A stretch of 32,350 bases of DNA, taken from the sequence record SRR20825010_6460; one strand, written 5' to 3'. Shown here piece by piece: positions 9,385-18,597 of the stretch. The notes beneath the pieces are model-generated. The model ran no database searches, was not told the DNA's origin, and saw only the letters and a program-made list of their open reading frames with translations. Position numbers and translations under genes: made by a program. Numbering within the stretch: position 1 is the stretch's first letter; each line of letters opens with the position of its first letter.

Positions 9385-10536
9385 TTAATTTGATATTAAT
9401 TTTTTTCTCTGTTCTTTCATTTTTTTGGAAACAAGCCCGCCCTCCTTTTCTAAGGAAGTAAGAAATTGTTCAGCCGCTTCGGAAATTTCCTTGTTCCCGG
9501 ATTCCGACAGTGATTCTATTTCTCCAATGGATTCAACTGATAATCTGTCCCTGTTATTATTAAGAATATTAAAAGCCTTCTTTAATTGAGACTTATTTAG
9601 AGACTCCATAGAAGAGGTCAAAACAGTTATTGAATTTTCCTCTAACTCCCTGTCGTTAAGCTTGTTCAGTATTTCGTTTTGCATTCGAAATTCAACCTCT
9701 TTTAACAAGATTATTATTTTGGGTTGATATAGTGCAGAGGCCCAAGCCCATTCAGGTATTTTTTCAATAGCAAAAAATGGCACATATGAATTACCTTCAG
9801 AAATTAACCTGATAAGATTTGGTGTATACTGTTCATTTCCTGTGTCAATCTTGTTCAAAGCATAGAATTGCAGATTGTAATTATCGGAATCCAACATCCA
9901 AATAAGCAGATCATCGTTCATCAAGGATTCGGTATGGGCCACAATCTTATCTGCAACTTCCCCATTAACAATATGCCACAAGGTATGGGAACTGTATACC
10001 GCCCCACGTACCACTGCCCCACTAAGGGATTTATACGTTGCTCCAGCTACGCCATCTATAACCTCAGATTTAATTTCAATACTGTGATCTACCAGATCCT
10101 CGGCCTTGTAATTGGCCAGTAAGGAGGTTTTGTCCCTTAAAATTTCCTTCATTTTATCATGATCCTCCCTAGTGAACTTGACATGATCAAATTTTGTTAA
10201 AGGATCTAAAACCGTCTCCTTATAATCCATAAAGTTTCCTAACAAATCCCAATAGACCTCCGCAATCAAATTATAACATACACCTTCTTCACATACCGGA
10301 GTAACCACGTAACTATAATACTTAACAGGCTGATTTTTGGAATTGAAAAGTAAATCCACCTCCATTTTCACCGAATCTTTGGTCATTGTTGTAAACGCCC
10401 TTTCTTTTCTAGTAGTCGGATTTTGATGTTCCAAGGACATAAAGAGCCAAGAAATTATACAAAGCAATAAAAACCTTGAAGCACGGTAAAACTCTACATG
10501 CTTTTTACTACCACTGGAAATTTTAGTTTTTGACAT
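9385..10536 (-). CDS. Hypothetical exported/membrane-anchored protein with CxxxxC, DGVAGAT motif and helical C-terminus
   Basis: 383-aa ORF packed between two oxidoreductases (31 and 13 nt gaps); N-terminal hydrophobic segment FLLLCIISWLFM. Confidence 0.8.
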   Translation of the reverse strand: MSKTKISSGSKKHVEFYRASRFLLLCIISWLFMSLEHQNPTTRKERAFTTMTKDSVKMEVDLLFNSKNQPVKYYSYVVTPVCEEGVCYNLIAEVYWDLLGNFMDYKETVLDPLTKFDHVKFTREDHDKMKEILRDKTSLLANYKAEDLVDHSIEIKSEVIDGVAGATYKSLSGAVVRGAVYSSHTLWHIVNGEVADKIVAHTESLMNDDLLIWMLDSDNYNLQFYALNKIDTGNEQYTPNLIRLISEGNSYVPFFAIEKIPEWAWASALYQPKIIILLKEVEFRMQNEILNKLNDRELEENSITVLTSSMESLNKSQLKKAFNILNNNRDRLSVESIGEIESLSESGNKEISEAAEQFLTSLEKEGGLVSKKMKEQRKKLISN

Positions 10537-10567
10537 AAATTACATTTCTTCCATAAAACCATTACCC

Positions 10568-11881
10568 CTAGGGCAATTCCCAACCGTTATGATAATGTGC
10601 CGGAATTAAATCGTTCGCTTTATCTTCTGAGAATTGTCCGGTATAATTGTCCCAATATATTCTATTACCCGTTTTAAAAGCTATATTTCCCATATGGCAT
10701 ACCAAAGCGGCATCATACCCCACTTGTAAAGGAGCCTTTAATTTGGAACCGTCCCTAGATTTCACAGCTTCAATAAAATTCACGGTATGATTATCCAACC
10801 CACTACCTTGGTTTTTTTGTAATGGTATACTTTGCATCTTATCCTTTTCAGATATCACCTCCCATCCCTTGCGGTCCAAAACAAGGGTTCCATTGTTGCC
10901 GATAAACGAAATACCGTGATTGCGTCCGTAATTACCATTATCTATGCCTGTAGCATGCTCCCACAAAATTGAAAAACCATCATACTCATAAACGGTCTGC
11001 AAGGTATCCGGTGTTTCTGAAGCATCATCGGGATAGGCAAACTTTCCCCCTAGTGCCATCACCGATTTTGGGGTGTTGGCTTTCATTCCATACAGGGCAT
11101 AATCCATAAGATGCACCCCCCAATCTGTCATTAACCCACCGGCATAATCCCAGTACCATCTAAAATTAAAATGGAACCTGTTGGCATTAAACGGTCTCTT
11201 GGGTGCCGGTCCCAACCACATGTCATAATCCACTCCGGCAGGAGCGGCAGTATCCGGCAAAACTGGGATAGGCCCCATCCAACCCTGATAGGCCCAAGCT
11301 TTTGCCAAACGAATTTCTCCCAATTTTCCCGAATGGACAAAATCTATGGCATCTACAAAATGAGGCTGACTCCTTTGCCACTGCCCTATTTGCACCATTC
11401 GATCACTTGCCTGTACGGAGTTCAGCATAAGGTTGCATTCCTCAATGGAATTGGCCAAAGGTTTTTCACAATACACATCCTTTCCTGCTTTAACGGCATC
11501 GGAAAGCTGCAGACAATGCCAATGATCCGGAGTACCAATGATTACAACATCTACATCCTTATCTTCCAATAATTTTCGATAATCCTTATATAATTTAGGC
11601 TTCTTTATTCCAGCCTTTTCCAAATCGGCCGTTCTCTTTTTTAAAACACTATCATCCACATCACACAAAGCCACAACCTGAATTTCACTCATTTTAAGCA
11701 TGGAAGTCAAATCGCTAAAGCCCATGCCATTGCAACCTATCAAGCCTACACCAATTTTATCGTTTGGACTTGTTTTCCTTCGTATAGAAGCCAATAAGTC
11801 CATTGGAATTAAAAATGCCGCAGCTGTTCCTACGGCCATAAGGGAACCCTGCTTAATAAATTTTCTTCTATTGTGAATCAT
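10568..11881 (-). CDS. Tat-exported Gfo/Idh/MocA family oxidoreductase
   Basis: NRRKFIK twin-Arg signal; IGLIGCNGMG-type NAD-binding loop (VGLIGCNGMG), TPDHWH, YCEKP, DWGVH. Confidence 0.93.
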   Translation of the reverse strand: MIHNRRKFIKQGSLMAVGTAAAFLIPMDLLASIRRKTSPNDKIGVGLIGCNGMGFSDLTSMLKMSEIQVVALCDVDDSVLKKRTADLEKAGIKKPKLYKDYRKLLEDKDVDVVIIGTPDHWHCLQLSDAVKAGKDVYCEKPLANSIEECNLMLNSVQASDRMVQIGQWQRSQPHFVDAIDFVHSGKLGEIRLAKAWAYQGWMGPIPVLPDTAAPAGVDYDMWLGPAPKRPFNANRFHFNFRWYWDYAGGLMTDWGVHLMDYALYGMKANTPKSVMALGGKFAYPDDASETPDTLQTVYEYDGFSILWEHATGIDNGNYGRNHGISFIGNNGTLVLDRKGWEVISEKDKMQSIPLQKNQGSGLDNHTVNFIEAVKSRDGSKLKAPLQVGYDAALVCHMGNIAFKTGNRIYWDNYTGQFSEDKANDLIPAHYHNGWELP

Positions 11882-11927
11882 GGAATCAAAGTTTAAATAA
11901 GCCCTTAATGTACAAAATATTACAACA

Positions 11928-11958
11928 AAAAAGCACCAACTTTTGGTTGGTGCTTTTT
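11928..11958. terminator. Intrinsic terminator downstream of yajC (potentially bidirectional)
   Basis: AAAAAGCACCAAC-TTTTG-GTTGGTGCTTTTT perfect inverted repeat. Confidence 0.85.
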
Positions 11959-11976
11959 AAATTATTCGGAAAAAAA

Positions 11977-12264
11977 TTACTTCTTTTCGGGTGCGTTTAC
12001 TTTTTTGCTCATCTCCATGGATATGGCGGTACGATCAAATTTTATCTTCCCGGCCATAGTTTCAATAACACAGGAAAAATCATTGTCGTTCAAATCGACT
12101 ATTTTACCGTGCATACCGCTCTTGGTAACAACTTTATCTCCCTTTTTTAATTCTTCGGTAAATTTCTTCTCTTGTTTTTGACGCTTTCTTTGTGGTGCGA
12201 TCATAAAAAAATACACCACTACAAACATCAATATGAGTGGAAGATATGGATATTGTTCTAACAT
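11977..12264 (-). CDS. yajC: Preprotein translocase subunit YajC
   Basis: YFFMIAPQRKRQK and LKKGDKVVTKSGMHG motifs; follows nusB-DUF1573. Confidence 0.95.
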   Translation of the reverse strand: MLEQYPYLPLILMFVVVYFFMIAPQRKRQKQEKKFTEELKKGDKVVTKSGMHGKIVDLNDNDFSCVIETMAGKIKFDRTAISMEMSKKVNAPEKK

Positions 12265-12278
12265 AATTATATGTGTAC

Positions 12279-12752
12279 TTATTTAACAGGACCTACAGGA
12301 CCTGCTCCTTTTGGAGTTACAAATGCTTTTATTCTAAGTGTTTCGGTTCCTTTACTAGTATTGGCAGTAACGGTTATAGTCTTGGTAACCTGATTTTGTC
12401 CAGAACCATTAAATTTAACCAACATTTCACCTTTTTCACCTGGTGCTATTGGAGTATTCTTTGGATACTCAGGAATGGTACAACCACAGCTGCTTTTTGC
12501 GTCGGTAATGATCAAAGGAGCATCACCAGTATTTGTAAATGTAAAAATTGTTTCCTGGGGCGCATTTTGATCTATAGATCCAAAATCGTGCTCTACTTTA
12601 TCGAATTCCATAACTGGAAGACTTTTGGCAGCTGCATCCCTTTCGGCAGCAACCTCTACATTGGAAGCTTCTATTTTACTGGAGGCCTTTTCCTTACAGG
12701 AGGAAAGGACAAGAACAGAAACAATACTTAAGGTTAAGAATACTCTTTTCAT
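12279..12752 (-). CDS. DUF1573 Ig-like lipoprotein
   Basis: LSSC lipobox; HDFG...FTNTGDAPLII...SCGCT...PIAPGE motif. Confidence 0.92.
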   Translation of the reverse strand: MKRVFLTLSIVSVLVLSSCKEKASSKIEASNVEVAAERDAAAKSLPVMEFDKVEHDFGSIDQNAPQETIFTFTNTGDAPLIITDAKSSCGCTIPEYPKNTPIAPGEKGEMLVKFNGSGQNQVTKTITVTANTSKGTETLRIKAFVTPKGAGPVGPVK

Positions 12753-12864
12753 CTGTTTAAATTTAATTATTTTTTAAGAGGTAATGTGCAAATCGCCATT
12801 AATGATCTTGGTGTATTTCAAGAACTACTATGGCTTATTTCATCCCTATTAATTTATATTTGCG

Positions 12865-12872
12865 CAAAATTA
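12865..12872 (-). promoter_or_regulatory. Bacteroidota -7 box (TAATTTTG) for DUF1573-yajC
   Basis: CAAAATTA on + strand just past the nusB stop. Confidence 0.5.
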
Positions 12873-12884
12873 AGGAATATTTGT

Positions 12885-13832
12885 TTATAACAAACCCCTA
12901 CCCACTTTTTTTAGTTTCCCTTCCTCCTTATATTCCCTCACCAGCTTATCCAATATACCATTTATAAATATGCTACTCTTGGGAGTGGAGTATTCCTTGG
13001 CAATTTCTAAAAACTCGTTTATAGTAACCCGTTCCGGTATAGAGGGAAAATTAAGTAGTTCGCAAATTGCCATTTTCAAAAGTATGGCATCAATATCTGC
13101 AATTCGATCCTTGTCCCAATTAGGTGTTTTACCTTCGATCTCCTGTTCCAATTTGGAATTGTTCAGCAATGTTTTCGTCAGTAGTCTATTGGCGTATACC
13201 ATATCGTCCTCATCCTTAAAAAGAGGCGGTAAAAAATAGGAAGGGACAGTACTTTCCTTTACCTTTTTAAACTGTTTTAAGAGAAAGGTATTTACAATGG
13301 GTATATCATCTACCCATGTTAATTTATCATCTTCAAAATAATCGTAAATCTTTTCGTTGGGTGCAATAATATCCCGAAACAAATCGATTATAAGCCTTTT
13401 GTCCTCCTCATAAGTACTATCGGCATTGGACATATATTTGGCATATATCTCGCTTTCCATAACCTCATTGTAAATTATCCTGATGTACTCTTCGTTCAAA
13501 TACCAATTGTTCAATTTTCTTTTGGACAATTCATCCTTTAATGTCTTGTTCCCCGCAATTTGAAGCAAAAGTTTATTTCTTAGGAATTTTTCCTTGTTGG
13601 GATAGGAATCCGTGTTGTTTTTTAGATATTTTTTGGAGGAAAGGCTAATCTGATTCTCTGCCCTTTCATGTAACTCTATAAAAAGACTCAGCATTAACAG
13701 GTAAAGAGTGTACATGTTCTCTATGCTTACTTTCAAAAATTTCTCTTGTTTTTCAAGGGAATCATCCTTCGATTGCGTCAATGCATAAATACATTGCATA
13801 ACTTTAACCCTAATGTGCCTTCTTGTAAGCAT
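12885..13832 (-). CDS. nusB: Transcription antitermination factor NusB (long Bacteroidota form)
   Basis: MLTRRHIRVKVMQ N-terminus; WDKDRIA...VTINEFLEIAKEYST...FINGILD. Confidence 0.95.
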   Translation of the reverse strand: MLTRRHIRVKVMQCIYALTQSKDDSLEKQEKFLKVSIENMYTLYLLMLSLFIELHERAENQISLSSKKYLKNNTDSYPNKEKFLRNKLLLQIAGNKTLKDELSKRKLNNWYLNEEYIRIIYNEVMESEIYAKYMSNADSTYEEDKRLIIDLFRDIIAPNEKIYDYFEDDKLTWVDDIPIVNTFLLKQFKKVKESTVPSYFLPPLFKDEDDMVYANRLLTKTLLNNSKLEQEIEGKTPNWDKDRIADIDAILLKMAICELLNFPSIPERVTINEFLEIAKEYSTPKSSIFINGILDKLVREYKEEGKLKKVGRGLL

Positions 13833-13872
13833 TTTTAAAGAACTTTAGTAAGATAAATAAAACTTTCGGGTA

Positions 13873-13880
13873 CAAAAATA
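13873..13880 (-). promoter_or_regulatory. Bacteroidota -7 box (TATTTTTG) for nusB
   Basis: CAAAAATA on + strand about 40 nt upstream of the nusB start. Confidence 0.55.
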
Positions 13881-13960
13881 GGATTATATTTTTTAATCCT
13901 AACTACCTTTTTAGGTATTATCTTATGTGTTTTATAACATTTGGTTTAGATCCAAAAAAC

Positions 13961-13968
13961 TATCTTTG
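13961..13968 (+). promoter_or_regulatory. Bacteroidota -7 box (TATCTTTG) for the ABC exporter
   Basis: Matches TAnnTTTG, with TTTG about 20 nt upstream. Confidence 0.6.
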
Positions 13969-14011
13969 CCGAATTGTAATCCAAATTCCTGCAATTCCTG
14001 GTTAATATCCA

Positions 14012-15766
14012 ATGAAAGAACTTCAACATCTAAATAAGTATTTTAAAAAGTACCGATTTAAGCTCCTCGTTGGTATTGTAATTACCATGATAGCGCGTAT
14101 TTTTCAATTGGTAATGCCCTCCTATGTAAAAAAATCTATTGAAGTGGTTGAACGCTTTATTGGTAATGATATTCTAAAGGGAGAAGCCAAGGAAATGTTA
14201 TTGGAATACATCCTGATTATTGTGGGAGCAGCACTGCTATCCGGTTTTTTTACATTTCTAATGAGACAGACCATTATAAATGTTTCCAGGTATATAGAGT
14301 ATGATTTAAAAAATGAAGTATTTGACCACTATCAACTTTTGAGCCTCAATTTTTACAAAAAAAACAGGACAGGCGACTTAATGAACAGGATCAGTGAAGA
14401 TGTAAACCAGGTAAGATTATATGGTGGGCCCGCCATTATGTACGGTATACAAACGCTTACTCTTTTTGTTTGTCTGGTTCCCCTAATGTTTATTAAAGCA
14501 CCAGTTCTTGCCTTATATGCTTTGTTGCCATTACCTATTCTTTCTGTGTTGATCTACCAGATCAGTAAAATAATTCATAAACGAAGCACAATCGTGCAAG
14601 AATTCCTGTCAACGCTATCTACTTTTACACAGGAATCCTTTTCCGGAATTTCGGTTATAAAAGCCTACGCTCTGGAACCCAAGATAAATGCTGAATTGAA
14701 AAATTTGGCACTGGACGGAAAAAATAAAAGTATGGATCTGGCCAAGGTCAATGCCTGGTTTTTCCCTTTGATGATCCTATTGATCGGTATCAGTAATATT
14801 TTCGTTATCTACATTGGAGGCAAACAATATATTGATGGAGAAATAGCGTCAATTGGAATTATTGCCGAGTTCATACTATACGTAAACATGCTCACCTGGC
14901 CCGTAGCTGTTGTAGGTTGGGTTACCTCTATAGTACAGCGGGCAGAAGCCTCGCAAAAAAGGATCAATCAATTTTTGCAGGAAGAACCCAATATAGTAAG
15001 TACGGTTAAAGAAGAAACTCCTATAGAGGGAAAAATCGAGTTTAAGAATGTGACCTTCACTTACGAGGACACCAACATTACCGCCCTGAACAACATATCC
15101 TTTACTATAAACAAGGGCGAGACCGTTGCCATATTGGGAAAAACGGGTTCCGGAAAATCGACCATACTAGATCTAATTGCCCGTTTATACGATATTGACT
15201 CCGGACAAATTCTGATAGATGATGTTCCTATTAAGCAATTAAACCTGCAAAGCCTCCGACAAGCTATTGGGGCAGTACCACAAGATGCTTTCCTCTTTTC
15301 CGACACCATAAAGAACAATATTAAGTTTGGAAAAGAAAATTCTACAGATGAGGAAATTATAGCCGTTGCCAAGAAAGCGGTAGTACATGAAAATATCATG
15401 GGCTTTAACAAGCAATATGAGACTATCCTGGGAGAAAGGGGCATTACCCTAAGCGGAGGCCAAAAACAACGTGTTTCCATTGCACGCGCCCTACTTAAAG
15501 ATCCTCAGATCTACCTCTTTGATGATTGTTTATCCGCAGTTGATACTGAAACAGAGGAGGAGATTTTGAACCAATTGAAAAAGGAATCCAAAAACAAGAC
15601 CACTCTTATCGTAAGCCATAGGGTTTCATCTGCTAAAAACGCAGACAAAATTATCGTTTTGGAAGATGGAAAATTAATACAGGAAGGTACACATGATGAA
15701 TTAAATTCTGTAGAAGGATACTACAAAGAGCTTTATATGCACCAACTTTCTGAGAAAGAAAAATAG
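14012..15766 (+). CDS. ABC exporter, fused permease/ATPase (MdlA/MsbA-like)
   Basis: N-terminal TM domain; GKTGSGKST Walker A, LSGGQKQR signature, YLFDD Walker B. Confidence 0.95.
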   Translation: MKELQHLNKYFKKYRFKLLVGIVITMIARIFQLVMPSYVKKSIEVVERFIGNDILKGEAKEMLLEYILIIVGAALLSGFFTFLMRQTIINVSRYIEYDLKNEVFDHYQLLSLNFYKKNRTGDLMNRISEDVNQVRLYGGPAIMYGIQTLTLFVCLVPLMFIKAPVLALYALLPLPILSVLIYQISKIIHKRSTIVQEFLSTLSTFTQESFSGISVIKAYALEPKINAELKNLALDGKNKSMDLAKVNAWFFPLMILLIGISNIFVIYIGGKQYIDGEIASIGIIAEFILYVNMLTWPVAVVGWVTSIVQRAEASQKRINQFLQEEPNIVSTVKEETPIEGKIEFKNVTFTYEDTNITALNNISFTINKGETVAILGKTGSGKSTILDLIARLYDIDSGQILIDDVPIKQLNLQSLRQAIGAVPQDAFLFSDTIKNNIKFGKENSTDEEIIAVAKKAVVHENIMGFNKQYETILGERGITLSGGQKQRVSIARALLKDPQIYLFDDCLSAVDTETEEEILNQLKKESKNKTTLIVSHRVSSAKNADKIIVLEDGKLIQEGTHDELNSVEGYYKELYMHQLSEKEK

Positions 15767-15846
15767 AAAAATGTTGTTATATTAGGTTTTTTTTTCCACT
15801 TTTGACAGATATATACCTATGAAAAATTAACTATACACTAGACGAA

Positions 15847-16218
15847 ATGAGCGATAAAGATTTAATGGACCAAGAAGAAATTTATTCAAAAGTTTTAAGA
15901 GCAGGAAGAAGAACTTATTTTTTCGATGTTAGAAGCACAAAGGCAGGAGATTATTACTTAACTGTTACCGAAAGCAAAAAGTTCACCCATGATGATGGTT
16001 CTTTTCATTATAAAAAACACAAGATTTATTTATACAAAGAAGACTTTACCGCCTTTAAAGAGAATTTGGATGAGATGATGGATTACATTATCGATGAAAA
16101 AGGTTCAGAGGTTATTTCCGAACGTCACCAAAAAGATTTTAAGAAGGAAGATTCTGAGGAAAATGGATCCATCAGTTCTACAGATAGTTTTACAGATGTA
16201 AGCTTTGACGATATTTAA
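15847..16218 (+). CDS. PUR family DNA/RNA-binding protein (DUF3276)
   Basis: SKVLRAGRRTYFFDV...YLTVTESKK...KHKIYLYKEDF. Confidence 0.92.
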   Translation: MSDKDLMDQEEIYSKVLRAGRRTYFFDVRSTKAGDYYLTVTESKKFTHDDGSFHYKKHKIYLYKEDFTAFKENLDEMMDYIIDEKGSEVISERHQKDFKKEDSEENGSISSTDSFTDVSFDDI

Positions 16219-16242
16219 TCGTCATATTTTTTATAAAAACAT

Positions 16243-16276
16243 AACGGTCCCAACAATTTGGGGCCGTTTTTATTTT
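16243..16276 (+). terminator. Intrinsic terminator between convergent PUR and acyltransferase genes
   Basis: AACGGTCCCAA-CAAT-TTGGGGCCGTT stem followed by a T-rich tract. Confidence 0.8.
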
Positions 16277-16285
16277 AACCCCGTT

Positions 16286-17338
16286 TTAGTCTTCCCATGA
16301 CAATTTAACCAGGACGATATTTAACGTTAAATGGGCCAGACAAATAATTGAGGTAGCCGGCCAATTAAGAAACTCTAGCATGCCTGCGATAAACAATAGA
16401 TAAAAGAAGGGGTAAAACAATAAGGCATACATAAAACGTGTAGTACTCAAAAATTCCGGTTCGCTTACCTTTGGTTTAATAAACTTTGACCATATAATTA
16501 TCATTGGGAAATTCAAAATAGAAAATGCTCCCCTAAGGATATACTTCACCAGTGCAACTTTTCCTTTTCCAATTTTCCTGTTCTCTGGGGATGTCCCTTC
16601 TTCTATAATTCGATTAACACCCGCAGGATCCAAATAATCTACCTTGGCCCTATCCAATGTATGTACTATTTCTTCATGACTTGACTCCTCTTCAATATGG
16701 GTGGTAAGCTTTTTTAAATGATGATACACTTCCTCCTTGAGCCGGCTTGCAGATCCCGACATATCCTTCTTATCAAAAAAATCCCGTACCCTTATCTCAT
16801 TACCATAATACAGTGCGGCCTTATCGGGAAACTTTGCCGCATTGGCGTAATTAACTCCAATTGGGACAATACCTATATCCATTGACGGATTACTTTCCAA
16901 GGCCAAAAACAAAATACGGGTAAATCCTTTACTCAATGGCCGGACCCTACGTTTTAAGGAATGGTTTCCCTCTGGAAAAATAAGTACGGCCTCTCCCCTT
17001 CCCAGCAGCTGGGCACAGCGTTCAAAAATGGCAGTATTACCCGCCAAGGAATTCTTACCATCCCTGATCCTATAAACGGGAATCATCTGTAAAAATCCGA
17101 AAAATACTTTCAACAAGGCCGTCTTAAATACATCGGACCTAGTTAAAAAATAAGGCTTCCGCTTACAATGGGTTGCAATCAATAAGGCATCAAGCAAAGC
17201 GTTTTGATGATTTGCCAAAAACATAATGGATTTTCCGGAAGGTACATTGTGAGACCCTTCAATCTTTATTTTGGAAAAATAGAAAGTCAAAGCCGTGCGT
17301 ATCCAAACCCAAATAACAAGATATCCTATTCTTCTCAA
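16286..17338 (-). CDS. Lysophospholipid/glycerol-phosphate acyltransferase family protein
   Basis: NHQNALLD (HxxxxD) and IFPEG motifs; TTG start overlaps the upstream TGA. Confidence 0.9.
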   Translation of the reverse strand: MRRIGYLVIWVWIRTALTFYFSKIKIEGSHNVPSGKSIMFLANHQNALLDALLIATHCKRKPYFLTRSDVFKTALLKVFFGFLQMIPVYRIRDGKNSLAGNTAIFERCAQLLGRGEAVLIFPEGNHSLKRRVRPLSKGFTRILFLALESNPSMDIGIVPIGVNYANAAKFPDKAALYYGNEIRVRDFFDKKDMSGSASRLKEEVYHHLKKLTTHIEEESSHEEIVHTLDRAKVDYLDPAGVNRIIEEGTSPENRKIGKGKVALVKYILRGAFSILNFPMIIIWSKFIKPKVSEPEFLSTTRFMYALLFYPFFYLLFIAGMLEFLNWPATSIICLAHLTLNIVLVKLSWED

Positions 17339-18255
17339 ACAAATTCTTCTTTATCAATTGGAAAATACCCCCAAAAAGTAGCTATGGTCAAACCGGATAT
17401 TAAGTGCCAAATACCCCAAAAAGCAGCCAAAAGAGCCATCCCTCCCATACCGTCAAAAAAAGTAAATATCAGTAACAATCCAAGGCCTGAATTCTGAATC
17501 CCGGTTTCTATTCCAATTGTTCTTTTATCCATTTGTGAAAGACTAAAAAATTTAGCCAACGAAAAGCCAGTAACAAAAGCCAGGAGGTTATGCAGAACAA
17601 CTATCCAGAACACGTAGAGAACATATTCCATAAAAATATCCCTATTGTCATACAGCGCAATAAAAATGAGGGTCACAAAGAACACCAGCGAAAGTACTTT
17701 TAAAACCTTTGCTATTTTGGAGGCAAATCTTGGTCTGAAATGCTTTATCCACATCCCCAAAATTAATGGTAGAGCCAAAAGTAATGCCACTAGTTTCACC
17801 ATGGAAAAAGGGGCTATGGCAACTTCTTGAAGGATTGATGCGGTAGGCCCATATAGGGAACCCCATAATTGAAGGTTCAAAGGGGTCATAATTACAGCCA
17901 GTAAGGTGGCTACAGCCGTTAAACTTACTGACAGGGCCGTATTCCCCTTGGCCAAATGTGTAATAAAATTGGAAATATTTCCCCCTGGACAGGCAGCGAC
18001 CATAAATATTCCCAATGCAATACTGGGCAAGGGCTCCACTAGCAAAACCAACACAAAGGTTACCGCGGGCAATAGAACAAACTGACTCAAAACGCCCACA
18101 AAAAGAGGCTTAGGTTTTCTTGCCAATCTTCTAAAGTCATCTATGGATATATCCAATGCTATCCCAAACATTACCAAAGCCAATGCCACATTGAGCACCC
18201 AAAGTGATTGTTCATTAAAATCTATATGGATCTTATCCAGAGGGGTAGTTACCAA
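17335..18255 (-). CDS. Bile acid:sodium symporter (BASS) family transporter
   Basis: QFVLLP, ACPGGNISN, GNTALSV and IETGIQNSG motifs. Confidence 0.93.
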   Translation of the reverse strand: MVTTPLDKIHIDFNEQSLWVLNVALALVMFGIALDISIDDFRRLARKPKPLFVGVLSQFVLLPAVTFVLVLLVEPLPSIALGIFMVAACPGGNISNFITHLAKGNTALSVSLTAVATLLAVIMTPLNLQLWGSLYGPTASILQEVAIAPFSMVKLVALLLALPLILGMWIKHFRPRFASKIAKVLKVLSLVFFVTLIFIALYDNRDIFMEYVLYVFWIVVLHNLLAFVTGFSLAKFFSLSQMDKRTIGIETGIQNSGLGLLLIFTFFDGMGGMALLAAFWGIWHLISGLTIATFWGYFPIDKEEFV

Positions 18256-18258
18256 AAA

Positions 18259-18597
18259 TTATGAAATTTTAAGTCCATTGTCAACTTCTGCTTCCGGTCG
18301 CAACAATATTACATCGGAACCGTCAACAGCGCCCAATATAAGACATTCACTCATAAAATTTGCAATTTGCTTTTTAGGAAAATTGATCACCGCAATTATC
18401 TGCTTCCCCAAAAGTTCATCTTTGGAATACCTTTGCGTAATTTGGGCCGATGTTTTCCTAATCCCTATCTCCTTGCCAAAATCTACCTGTACTTGGTAGG
18501 CAGGTTTTCTGGCCTCTGGAAAATCTTTAATTTCAATAATAGTGCCCACTCTCATATCTATTTTGGAAAAATCGGGCCAAGTAATAGTTTCGTTCAT
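18259..18597 (-). CDS. csaA: tRNA-binding / secretion chaperone CsaA-like protein
   Basis: DMRVGTI...FPEARKPAY...SAQIT...NFPKKQIANFMSECLILG. Confidence 0.9.
   Translation of the reverse strand: MNETITWPDFSKIDMRVGTIIEIKDFPEARKPAYQVQVDFGKEIGIRKTSAQITQRYSKDELLGKQIIAVINFPKKQIANFMSECLILGAVDGSDVILLRPEAEVDNGLKIS

Noticed and set aside
12273..12731. Long antisense ORFs (also 11171-11572, 15061-15480, 26107-26481, 28627-29079, 31487-31822)
   Set aside because: Shadows of well-supported genes on the opposite strand
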